A program made the position numbers and the translations under genes. From positions 1 to 60,911 of the IMG/VR virus record IMGVR_UViG_3300037193_002766: a stretch of 60,911 nt of DNA. One strand, 5' to 3'. The notes beneath the pieces are model-generated. The model was not told where the DNA came from. It ran no database searches and was given only the letters and a program-made list of their open reading frames with translations. Of the stretch, positions 1-7,910 are shown piece after piece. How positions within the stretch are numbered: the stretch's first letter is position 1; each line of letters opens with the position of its first letter. This DNA comes from a virus.

Positions 1-141
1 GTGATGGGCACCGCACCGGAGAGGAACCGGGCGGAGATCGGGAAGGCGAGGTTGTTACGGGCGCGTGAGAGTTGGTCGGTAGACCTCGACGCGGAAGTTC
101 ACGACGTACTCGTGCCGGCCGTTGGCGTCGCGTCCCATGTA
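1..141. repeat. Terminal direct repeat, copy 1 (identical to 60771-60911)
   Basis: Read directly: gtgatgggcaccgcaccgga...cgtcccatgta occurs at both ends. Confidence 0.95.
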
Positions 142-489
142 CTCCGGGCCGGAGCCGATGCCGATGGCGAGCTGCAACTCAGTTCCGCCCGCCAGCGGCT
201 GGTGTCCGAGCCCGTGTAACGCGGCGTAGATCGCGTCGGCCCGCCGTTTCGGCACGCGCGGATCAACGGCATCGCCGCGGCAGCGGACCTGCAACCGCGG
301 TTCGTCGTAGGGATCCAGCGAGCTGGACTCGCTGCCGCCGTAGAGAGCGAGCGTCGTGCACTCGTCCGGTTCGGACGGTGCGACAGGCCAGTACAGGTTT
401 CCGCCCGGCTCGGTCGGCTTGTACGTGCCGAGGCTGAGTTCCTGCAACAGCAGGGCGAGCTCCTCTTCCAGTACCAGCGGTGTGGTCAT
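55..489 (-). CDS. Tail terminator / tail completion protein (by position; DUF3168-like)
   Basis: 144 aa. Last neck gene before the major tail gene across the circular junction. 4-nt overlap with the upstream gene. Confidence 0.55.
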   Translation of the reverse strand: MTTPLVLEEELALLLQELSLGTYKPTEPGGNLYWPVAPSEPDECTTLALYGGSESSSLDPYDEPRLQVRCRGDAVDPRVPKRRADAIYAALHGLGHQPLAGGTELQLAIGIGSGPEYMGRDANGRHEYVVNFRVEVYRPTLTRP

Positions 490-833
490 CGCAGTGCCCG
501 CCGGATCTGCGTGGCGATCAGCGCGAGCATGGTGTCGGCTTCTTCGCGGTGCGGGTCTTCGAGGTACTTCGCCTTGCGACCTTCGTCGTGACGCCAGCCG
601 AGTTCTTCGTGCTGCCGCACCGCGTAGATCGTGTCGTAGGAGACAGCGCCGACGAGGTTCTGCTCGTCGACGACGGCGACGCCGGAGCGTTCGAGGGTGC
701 CTTCCTCGATCGGCACTTGCTTGCGTGACTCGGTCAGCAGGTGCTCCATCGCCAGGCCGAGTCCACGGGCGGCTGCCTCGCGGGCGCGGCGGCCAGCCAG
801 TTTGAAGTTGACGCTGCTGCGTACACGCTTCAC
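486..833 (-). CDS. HK97 gp10-like neck/tail component
   Basis: 115 aa. Size, position and sequence style of the HK97 gp10 family. Confidence 0.6.
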   Translation of the reverse strand: MKRVRSSVNFKLAGRRAREAAARGLGLAMEHLLTESRKQVPIEEGTLERSGVAVVDEQNLVGAVSYDTIYAVRQHEELGWRHDEGRKAKYLEDPHREEADTMLALIATQIRRALR

Positions 834-852
834 CGCGACACCCCCGATCCGT

Positions 853-1167
853 TTACTCGAGTAGAAGCTCGACGTGGTCCGGGGTCGGCAGGCCGCCGCC
901 GTCGTGGTCGAGGCGCTGCAGGACGGTGGTGACGCGGCCGTTGACGGTGACGCGGGACTGCACCGGGGCGACGGTGCCGGGCGGGCAGTAGCTCGTCGTG
1001 GACGACAGCGTCACATCGCCGCCCGTACCGCGGATCAACCGGCGCTTGTCTGCGTTGAACGACCGCACGGTGACCGGAGGGTCGTACAGCGGCCCGGTGG
1101 CGCTCATGCCCGTGTAGGGCTCGATGATGATCGTGTGCGGCAACAAAAAGCCTGGGATCGTACCCAT
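853..1167 (-). CDS. Head closure / head-tail joining protein (by position)
   Basis: Internal ATG at 1167 (MGTIPGF...) overlaps the upstream stop as ATGA. The longer 174-aa ORF prefix is Arg-rich shadow. Confidence 0.55.
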   Translation of the reverse strand: MGTIPGFLLPHTIIIEPYTGMSATGPLYDPPVTVRSFNADKRRLIRGTGGDVTLSSTTSYCPPGTVAPVQSRVTVNGRVTTVLQRLDHDGGGLPTPDHVELLLE

Positions 1168-1841
1168 CAGACCTGCCGCCCGTCGAAGTGCAGCACCGAA
1201 CCAGGCAGCAGACCCGCGTTCTCCAGGAACGTGACCGCGTTCGGCGTGAGCTCCCCGCCCGTGCCTGAGGCTGCGGCGCGGCCATCGAGGGCGACGCTGC
1301 CGATCTTCACGCTGCTCCACTGGCCACCAGCGCCAAGCGAATCGCCGGTCTCGCCCCACCACTCGACCTGAGCGCACACCGCGTCGCGCATCGCCGCTTT
1401 CACCGCAGTGTCGGTGGGGAAGCCGTTGTCATCCACGTCGTAGATTGCGGTCTTGGTGGCGCGTTCGACGTCGCGGGACGCCTGCCACAGCAAGCGCCGG
1501 GCGTTCGCGGGAGGCGCCTTCTCCAGGAAGTTCGCCAGGTCCGCGGTCGTGGCGTAGACATGCGGGCCGGCGACCACCACCGGGAGGGCGGGCCGGGCGG
1601 TCACGGCGGACTGCTCGGCGCCCGCCCCGGTGCCGGTGACGACCCACCGGATCAGGTACTCGCCGGGCAGTGTCAGCGGCAGCTGCGCCGTCCAGATCGA
1701 GCGGTCGCCGTTCGGCGTGGTGGTCGGTGAGGTGACGACCCCGGTGGGAGACGTGACCGTGACCGTCGCAGAGGTGTCCACACCGGACGGTGCGACGGTC
1801 AACGTGAGGGTGGCGATGTCGCCGACGTCGTTGATGGTCAC
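1167..1841 (-). CDS. Head-tail connector/adaptor with N-terminal Ig-like domain
   Basis: GTG at 1841 overlaps the upstream stop (GTGA). The C-terminal half resembles gp6-like connectors (YATTADLANFL...). The N-terminal half is Thr/Val-rich and beta-like. Confidence 0.5.
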   Translation of the reverse strand: MTINDVGDIATLTLTVAPSGVDTSATVTVTSPTGVVTSPTTTPNGDRSIWTAQLPLTLPGEYLIRWVVTGTGAGAEQSAVTARPALPVVVAGPHVYATTADLANFLEKAPPANARRLLWQASRDVERATKTAIYDVDDNGFPTDTAVKAAMRDAVCAQVEWWGETGDSLGAGGQWSSVKIGSVALDGRAAASGTGGELTPNAVTFLENAGLLPGSVLHFDGRQV

Positions 1842-2185
1842 AGAGGCTCCCAGGCGACGTAGTTGGACACCGACACCAGACCGTCGCGCGACGGATGTGG
1901 GTCCCACATCTCGCCGTCCACATACACCACGGAGTGCGCGACACCGCGCGGAGAGGGGCCGAAAGCCATGCCGAACTGGGGTGGCTCCGTCGGCGGCTTG
2001 TAGCTCACGGCGTACCCACGCCGCATCGCGAACTCGCACAACCGCTCCAGCCAGTCGGCATAGCACGCGAAGTGCGGCACCTCGTCGAGATCGAGTTCGA
2101 GCAGGCTGGCCACCGCCGCCTGGAGGCAGTTGCCGGGCAAGCCGCTGCCGTCGCCCACTGTGATTGTCTGGGTCACCTGCTTCAC
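1838..2185 (-). CDS. Small Cys/His protein, possible papain/C39-like peptidase fold
   Basis: 115 aa with a GNCLQAAVASLL motif (candidate nucleophile Cys) and a later AHSVVYVDG His. Translationally coupled on both sides. Confidence 0.35.
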   Translation of the reverse strand: MKQVTQTITVGDGSGLPGNCLQAAVASLLELDLDEVPHFACYADWLERLCEFAMRRGYAVSYKPPTEPPQFGMAFGPSPRGVAHSVVYVDGEMWDPHPSRDGLVSVSNYVAWEPL

Positions 2186-3102
2186 CGGGCCTCCAATCCC
2201 GCGACGGTGCTGCTTGCGGTGAGCTGGGCGACGGCAGTCGAGGCGGTGTGCCTGCCGGGCACGAGCAGGGCACCTCCGACGGTGATCGGCAGCGCGCTGT
2301 CTGTCTCGGTGGCCAGCGCGAGCGACACCGACCGGTAGTGGACTCCTGCGTGCGCCGTGTCGGTCTCAACGGCTTGTTCCAGCAGGACCGCCTTGGTTAC
2401 GGAGCCAGGCAGCCCAGTGTCGTTCTCGACGGCCTGCGCGAGAGGCACTGCCTTGGCGACGACCAGCTGGTGGCTGGTGTCGAGTTCGGTGGCGAGTGCG
2501 AGCGGCACCACGTGCACGGGCTCGCCCGCGTGCGCGGTGTCGGACTCGACCGCCAGGTCGAGGGTGACGACGATCCCGCCGGCCGGGTCGACGTCGGTGA
2601 GCACGATGTCGACCCAGTAGTTGCCGCCGTTGAACGACCCGTCGGGGTACGCCACAGCGCCGGTCTTGAACGTGCCCTGGCCGCCACCGTCTGCGGCACC
2701 GGTGTTCGGCGCGGTGAGGATTCCCTGGACGACGCCGCTCTCGCCAGGCCCGCCGGTAGTCCAGTAGCCGCCGCTCGCGACGTAGTGCGTGGGCATGTGC
2801 GCCACGACCTTGTACCGCACGCCGACGGTGAGCTGCACGGGCGTGATCGCTGAGGACTGCCAACCTGTCCCCGACGCCGCTGGCGAGGTGACCTCGGCCA
2901 GCACAGTGCCAGCGCTTGAGGAGTCGACCCGGTACAACCTCAGGTTGTCCGCGTTGACGTTCGTCGTGCCTCGCCACCAACGCAGATGTGTGACCCACGC
3001 GGTGGTGCTGACGTAGAACTCGGTGCCGACGTTGAGCGCGACGCCGTCGTCGAACGAGGAGAACGGGCCGTCGGTGGCAGGCCAGATCGAGTAGTCGGTC
3101 AC
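2182..3102 (-). CDS. DUF4082-like structural protein with C-terminal degenerate repeats
   Basis: 306 aa. GTG start preceded by GGAGGGGG. The N-terminal beta domain is recalled as DUF4082-like. The C terminus has about 5 repeats of A-x-E-x-D-T-[AS]-H. Confidence 0.55.
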   Translation of the reverse strand: MTDYSIWPATDGPFSSFDDGVALNVGTEFYVSTTAWVTHLRWWRGTTNVNADNLRLYRVDSSSAGTVLAEVTSPAASGTGWQSSAITPVQLTVGVRYKVVAHMPTHYVASGGYWTTGGPGESGVVQGILTAPNTGAADGGGQGTFKTGAVAYPDGSFNGGNYWVDIVLTDVDPAGGIVVTLDLAVESDTAHAGEPVHVVPLALATELDTSHQLVVAKAVPLAQAVENDTGLPGSVTKAVLLEQAVETDTAHAGVHYRSVSLALATETDSALPITVGGALLVPGRHTASTAVAQLTASSTVAGLEAR

Positions 3103-3116
3103 CGCGCCCCCTCCGG

Positions 3117-3578
3117 TCAGGCTGCGCGGGCCAGCCCGGCTGCGTTGACCTCGGCGACGAGGTTCGTGCCGTCGGTGGTGGCGACGAAGTCGAACGCCAC
3201 CAACGGAATCAGCGCGGCGTCGCCTGGGGTTGTGGTGTCCGGGTCGTAGGCGACGACGAGCTTGCCGAGGCTGTTGTTCGCCGCGCCACCAGCAGAGGAC
3301 CAGGTCTGGTCAGGGACGTCGATGTCGACGCGGTTGTTCGTGTTGTCCTGCGTGATGGTGATACTGCTGGTGATGGACTTCCTGGTGTAGTTGGTGAAGT
3401 CCGCCTCGTCGCTGGCGCCAGCGAGCAGCGCGGCGACGTCGGCGTAGTCGGCGAGCACGTCGTCGGAGACGAGGCCCGCCGACTTGAGCAGCAGCACCAC
3501 GAGGCCGTCGTTCGCCGCGGGCAGCCCGAAGTAGTGCCGGATGCTCCCTTTGGCGACGTTGAAGACGATCGGTGCCAC
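3117..3578 (-). CDS. Hypothetical virion protein
   Basis: 153 aa with strong GC3 bias, in the head module. Confidence 0.6.
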   Translation of the reverse strand: MAPIVFNVAKGSIRHYFGLPAANDGLVVLLLKSAGLVSDDVLADYADVAALLAGASDEADFTNYTRKSITSSITITQDNTNNRVDIDVPDQTWSSAGGAANNSLGKLVVAYDPDTTTPGDAALIPLVAFDFVATTDGTNLVAEVNAAGLARAA

Positions 3579-3588
3579 AGTCGCCTCC

Positions 3589-3936
3589 TCAGGCGTCCAG
3601 CGCCGCGACCATCACGCCCGTCGGCGTGGTGCCCGTGTAGTTGACGTGCACCGTGCCGTCCGTCTGGCGGTGCTCCAGGCCGACCGGGATCAGCCGGTAC
3701 TCCCCGGCGGGAATGGTGACCGAGGTGTCGGAGATGGTCAGCGCGCCACGGCCGATCGTGCCCGGCGTCGGGATCGTCACCGTCAGGGACGCGTCGTCGC
3801 CGTTGAGCACGTAGAGGAACCGGTGTGCCTTGTAGGTGAACGAGTTGCCGTCGGTGATCTCAGCCGCGCTGTCGACGGCTGCTGGGCTTGTTCCCGTGGG
3901 TGCCAGCTCCGTCGCCGTCAGTGGTTGCCTCGCCAT
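3589..3936 (-). CDS. Hypothetical beta-rich virion protein
   Basis: ATG at 3936 preceded by GAGGAA. Overlaps the acidic tail of the upstream gene by 77 nt. Confidence 0.5.
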   Translation of the reverse strand: MARQPLTATELAPTGTSPAAVDSAAEITDGNSFTYKAHRFLYVLNGDDASLTVTIPTPGTIGRGALTISDTSVTIPAGEYRLIPVGLEHRQTDGTVHVNYTGTTPTGVMVAALDA

Positions 3937-4225
3937 CAGGTTCCTCGCTCGTGTTCGGGCCAGCAACGCTGGCGTCGGGGGCGCTCACTGCGCCGTCGTG
4001 GTTCTCCGGGACCGCGTCCGCCGGAGGCGGCGGAGCGTCGTCGTCCTGCGCAGGTGCGGAGTTTTCCGAGGACTCGTTCGGTTGCGTGCTTCCTGCGAGG
4101 CGCCACTCGCTGTTGCCTTCCAGCACCAGCACGCCGATCCGGGTGTCCTCGTGGCTGCCGTCGATCGGCGTGACCCGTTCGACCACTTCGCCGTTGACCA
4201 CGCGTTCGTAGGTCGTCACGTGCAT
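3860..4225 (-). CDS. Hypothetical protein with acidic Pro/Asp-rich tail
   Basis: 121 aa. ATG at 4225 preceded by GAAAGG. Confidence 0.5.
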   Translation of the reverse strand: MHVTTYERVVNGEVVERVTPIDGSHEDTRIGVLVLEGNSEWRLAGSTQPNESSENSAPAQDDDAPPPPADAVPENHDGAVSAPDASVAGPNTSEEPDGEATTDGDGAGTHGNKPSSRRQRG

Positions 4226-4301
4226 GCGCCTTTCGCTGTGACCGCAGGCCCGTGCCCGGCTGGACTACTCCCCAGCCGGGCACGGGCGTGCCGTTGTTGG
4301 G

Positions 4302-4889
4302 TCAGCTGACGATCGCCAGCGGGCACTTCGCCACGCCGGTCTGCGTACCGGTCGTCGCCGGAGCCGTGCCGGCCAACGCGGAACCGAACGTGAAGCCGAG
4401 CGCCTTCGATCCGGTGTGGACGGCGGCCGAGGCGGTCACGATCGGCGCGCAGCCGATCAGCGTGTTCACCGTGGTCGCGGTCATCGAGGTGGCAGCGATG
4501 TACCAGCCGTCCTTCTCGATCTTCACCGGAGCGGACAAGGCCAGTTTCTTCGCCGTGTTCGCCGCCCACGCCGCGCTGCCCTGGTCGGCGGACTGCGCGA
4601 GCAACGCGCCGTCGGGGTCGTACAGGGCGTGGAACCAGTTCGTGATGGTCGCAGCGGCGGTGTTGCCGGACACGAACGTCAGGTTCGTGACGACGTCGCC
4701 CTTGCGCAGGAACACACGCGTGCCGATCGCGACGCCGGTGGCCGTGGCGGCGAGGTCCGACGTGCAGTTGTAGACCGGGATGTTCGACCGGACGAACAGG
4801 TCCTGGTCGACCCCGGGCAGGGCGTTGTAGGGGAAGTCGAGGGCGGGCGAGTCCGTGAGGACCCGCGGGTACCGGCCGTGGGTCGTCAC
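4302..4889 (-). CDS. Hypothetical virion protein
   Basis: 195 aa, GC3-biased, coupled to the upstream gene. Confidence 0.6.
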   Translation of the reverse strand: MTTHGRYPRVLTDSPALDFPYNALPGVDQDLFVRSNIPVYNCTSDLAATATGVAIGTRVFLRKGDVVTNLTFVSGNTAAATITNWFHALYDPDGALLAQSADQGSAAWAANTAKKLALSAPVKIEKDGWYIAATSMTATTVNTLIGCAPIVTASAAVHTGSKALGFTFGSALAGTAPATTGTQTGVAKCPLAIVS

Positions 4890-5419
4890 TTCGCGTCCTC
4901 CTTGTGGTACTTCGCGACGAGCTGGTCGCGGGTCATGTCGTTGGCGTCCACCGCCGCCATTCCGTCGTACTTGGTGGCGTACTCGACGAAGTCGGCCTTG
5001 GACGCGGACTTGTTCGGCGGCTTCGGCTTGTCGCCCTCACCACCCGCGTTCTTGGCCGCGGACTGTGTTGCCAACTCCTCCGAGCCGACGGGCGCGGGCT
5101 GCGTGGGCTCTGGCGCCTTCACCCCGCTGCCTGCGACGGCCTCCGGGGCGACCGCCCTCGATGCGGGCGTGCCCGGTGCTGCCGTGTCCTTGTCGAGCTT
5201 CGCGTCCTCTGCGGACTCGACCTTCTCGACCGTGTAGCCCTTGCGCTGGAAGTAGGCCAGCGCACGGTTCGGCTGCGGCAGCGACGTTGCTCCGTCAGTT
5301 CGCTCGGCGTCCGGGTCGACGGTGAGCAGCGCCTGTCCCTGGGAGAACACGACGTTCGCGACGGTGCCGTTGAAGCCCGCCACAGGTGCGGTGATCTTGT
5401 ACTGCGTCATCGTGGCCAA
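4886..5419 (-). CDS. Hypothetical head-associated protein (possible decoration protein)
   Basis: 177 aa, immediately downstream of the capsid gene. Confidence 0.5.
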   Translation of the reverse strand: MATMTQYKITAPVAGFNGTVANVVFSQGQALLTVDPDAERTDGATSLPQPNRALAYFQRKGYTVEKVESAEDAKLDKDTAAPGTPASRAVAPEAVAGSGVKAPEPTQPAPVGSEELATQSAAKNAGGEGDKPKPPNKSASKADFVEYATKYDGMAAVDANDMTRDQLVAKYHKEDAK

Positions 5420-5425
5420 CTCCTC

Positions 5426-6484
5426 TCAGGCGACCTTGACGTTGCGGAGCACGCCGCAGGACTTGGTGTTGCGCAGGACCATCGCGCCTGGGCCGATCTC
5501 GATCTCGCCGGACTTCACCGCGCCGGGCTGGGACCAGTCCGGCATGAAGGTCTCGACGAGCGGCTTGCCCGCCATCGCCGCGCCGTGGAACGAGTCCAGG
5601 CCGAAGCTGACGGCGTACAGGTCGGTGAGGCTGGTGATGTTGCCGCCCGCGCCGCCGCCGTCCGGGTCGCGCGTCTCGATCGGGATGATCGGGGACGCGG
5701 AGACCGCCTTGTCGCCGAGGTCCACGAGGGTCCACGGCCCGTAGGACTCGATCTGACGGCCCAGGTCGTCCTTGGTCTGGGTGTACTGCCCGGCCCACCG
5801 TGCGAGCGCCCGCATGCGGGTGATGCTCTTGGTGTTGCCCAGGATCGCGCGGCGACCGGCGGGAAGCCCGCCCGGTGCGCCGAGGTCGCCGCCGCCGACA
5901 CGCGACGGCACCAGGGTGGACAGCCAGTCGTCGACGATGTCGAGCTGGATGTTCGCCTTGGCCTGGGTGTCGATCGCACCAGGCGACCAGTCCGCGTACG
6001 AGATGCCGCTGGAGTTCGGCACGTACTCGGTGGTCGAGCCGGTGAGGAGCTTGTCGAGACCGTCGAAACCGTTGGCGTCAACGGCGACGTCACCGTTGAT
6101 GATCTCTTCCTGCAGCCGGATCGTCGCGCCGGTCATCAGTTCCTGCATCTGGAATGTGACCTCGTTGGTCTGCGCCGGACCCAGCGAGCGCAGAACGCGG
6201 TCGATGGAGAACGCGCCACCGAACGGCTTGAGCGTGACGCTCCTCTGCTCGCGGACCGCGGAGTCGACGGAGTACTCGGTGTTGAGCGCTCGGAACTGAC
6301 CGGAGCGCGGGGTCTTGAGCAGGGTGTAGCCGTAGATCAGCGAGGCACCACCCGTGCCAGGCGTCGCGGTGTCGTCCCACACGATCTGGTCCCACAGCCA
6401 GGAGTACTGGCGCAGGTTGCGGATGACCGCGTGGTCGATGTCAGCGCGGGCGTTGATCTCCGCCTGCGCAAGGGTGATGGGCAT
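5426..6484 (-). CDS. Major capsid protein (HK97-fold type)
   Basis: 352 aa, follows the scaffold gene. N terminus and length are typical of actinophage major capsid proteins. Confidence 0.8.
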   Translation of the reverse strand: MPITLAQAEINARADIDHAVIRNLRQYSWLWDQIVWDDTATPGTGGASLIYGYTLLKTPRSGQFRALNTEYSVDSAVREQRSVTLKPFGGAFSIDRVLRSLGPAQTNEVTFQMQELMTGATIRLQEEIINGDVAVDANGFDGLDKLLTGSTTEYVPNSSGISYADWSPGAIDTQAKANIQLDIVDDWLSTLVPSRVGGGDLGAPGGLPAGRRAILGNTKSITRMRALARWAGQYTQTKDDLGRQIESYGPWTLVDLGDKAVSASPIIPIETRDPDGGGAGGNITSLTDLYAVSFGLDSFHGAAMAGKPLVETFMPDWSQPGAVKSGEIEIGPGAMVLRNTKSCGVLRNVKVA

Positions 6485-6495
6485 GCGCCCCTCCT

Positions 6496-7320
6496 TTAGG
6501 TGCGGGTCATGGTTTTGGCGACGGCGGCGTGCAAGCTGCCCGTGCGCTCGCCCGTGCTGGTGCCGCCGTTCATGTGTTCGGAGCCGGACTTCTTCGGCTT
6601 CGGTGCCTCGCGGGCGTAGCGGGTCGGGTTGTCCTTGACCCGCTGCTTGATCAGCGCGGCGAGGTCGTCCGCGAACGACTTGTCGGTGGCGTCAAGCTCA
6701 CCGACCTCCTTGAGGAACTCGCGGGAGTCGAGCAGCGCGCTGGGGTCGGCGCCGTGCTTGTCGGCGGCCTTCCACACGGCGAGTTCCTGACGGGCGTTGT
6801 CGCGCTCGGAGTTGGCCTTCGTGACATCCGCAGTGAGCTGCTCCTGCAGCTTCGCCGGGTCGACGTCCTCGCCCTTCTTGAAGCCGAGGGCGATGGCGAT
6901 CTTTTCGAGCTGCTGCTTCGTGGACTCCTCCGCCGCGGAGGCCTTCGCGCGGTTGTCCGCTGCTTCCTTGCGGAGCTCGCGGATCAACTTCTGTGCAGCG
7001 GCAGGAAAGTCCTTGACTTCCTTGGGCTCCGGCTTCGTGTCTTGGCCGGACTTGCCGTCGTTCTGCGTCCCGTCGGCGCCCTGACCGGAGTTCGTTTGGC
7101 CGGTGCCATCGTTCGGCTTGTCCTGCTGCTGGCCGGAGTCACTCCCGCCAGCGGTGTCCGCCCCGTCGCCACTGGTGTCGCCGCCCTCGTCGGGGGCGCC
7201 ACCGAGCACAGGCCAGATCGGGCCACGGGAGCCGATGCCGATTGCCTGCAAGCCGGTGAGCGGGTGGACAGGAAGTTGGTCGCCGGACGCGTCAGGCGTC
7301 CCGAGCGTGGTCGAGCGCAT
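6496..7320 (-). CDS. Capsid scaffolding protein
   Basis: ATG at 7320 preceded by GGAGGG. Gly/Asp/Gln-rich linker followed by a coiled-coil-like, Lys/Glu-rich C terminus. The longer ORF prefix would overlap the + strand lipoprotein gene. Confidence 0.7.
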   Translation of the reverse strand: MRSTTLGTPDASGDQLPVHPLTGLQAIGIGSRGPIWPVLGGAPDEGGDTSGDGADTAGGSDSGQQQDKPNDGTGQTNSGQGADGTQNDGKSGQDTKPEPKEVKDFPAAAQKLIRELRKEAADNRAKASAAEESTKQQLEKIAIALGFKKGEDVDPAKLQEQLTADVTKANSERDNARQELAVWKAADKHGADPSALLDSREFLKEVGELDATDKSFADDLAALIKQRVKDNPTRYAREAPKPKKSGSEHMNGGTSTGERTGSLHAAVAKTMTRT

Positions 7321-7399
7321 GTGCCCTCCAGGGGCAATCTGGGCCGGGTCAGCCGGCCGCGGGGTGTAGCGGTTGGATCTGCCGCTGCGATAGCCCGGT

Positions 7400-7825
7400 G
7401 TGACCAGACGAATCGGAGCGGTAGCAGTGGGGCTGCTGGCGGCTGTGGTGGCCGGCTGTAGCAGCACGGGAGGCGGAGCAGTGCCGACTACGGGCGGGCC
7501 GACGAGCAGCAGCGCGGTACCGGACACGGCGGCGTTGGAGCAGCAGGTGCGCGCCTACTCGACGGCGTTCCTCGCCGGTGACGGCAACGCCGCGTATGAG
7601 CTGCTTTCTCAGCGCTGCAAGGAACGCAACACACGGCCGGACTTCGTGCGCCTCGTGCAGCAGACCGCGACGCTGTACGGGCCGCAGGAGATACGATCTT
7701 TGAAGGTCGATCAGGCGTCGGGGGATCTCGCCCGCGTGACCTACACCTACGACAAGGCCGAGCTGGATCAGCGCGGCGAACCGTGGGTGCGTGAGTCAGG
7801 CGTGTGGCGGATCGACGACTGTTGA
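7400..7825 (+). CDS. Lipoprotein (reverse-oriented moron inside the head module)
   Basis: 141 aa. Signal peptide with lipobox, MTRRIGAVAVGLLAAVVAGC. NTF2-like mature part. Confidence 0.75.
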   Translation: MTRRIGAVAVGLLAAVVAGCSSTGGGAVPTTGGPTSSSAVPDTAALEQQVRAYSTAFLAGDGNAAYELLSQRCKERNTRPDFVRLVQQTATLYGPQEIRSLKVDQASGDLARVTYTYDKAELDQRGEPWVRESGVWRIDDC

Positions 7826-7829
7826 CCAG

Positions 7830-7867
7830 GTGGGCCCCAGCCGCGGTCGGGGCTGGCTGGGGCCCAC
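7830..7867. terminator. Hairpin (13-bp perfect stem, 12-nt loop) between convergent gene ends
   Basis: GTGGGCCCCAGCC at 7830-7842 pairs with GGCTGGGGCCCAC at 7855-7867. Confidence 0.6.
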
Positions 7868-7910
7868 CCATACTCTCCGAACCGTCGCCGCCAGCCAGTT
7901 CGGGAGCGTC

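Noticed and set aside
4904-6499. 531-aa plus-strand ORF opposite the capsid gene. Similar long ORFs occur at 21861-23045 (-), 32142-33071 (+), 49336-50865 (-) and 20109-21191 (-).
   Set aside because: The translations are dominated by Arg, Gly, Pro, Ala and Val with no motifs. They lie antisense or out of frame to ORFs with clear family signatures and GC3 bias. These are typical shadow ORFs of high-G+C DNA.
7321-7527. Long N-terminal extension of the scaffold ORF (start at 7527)
   Set aside because: The extension is Pro/Ala/Thr-rich with no RBS and would overlap the plus-strand lipoprotein gene. The internal ATG 7320 has a GGAGGG RBS.
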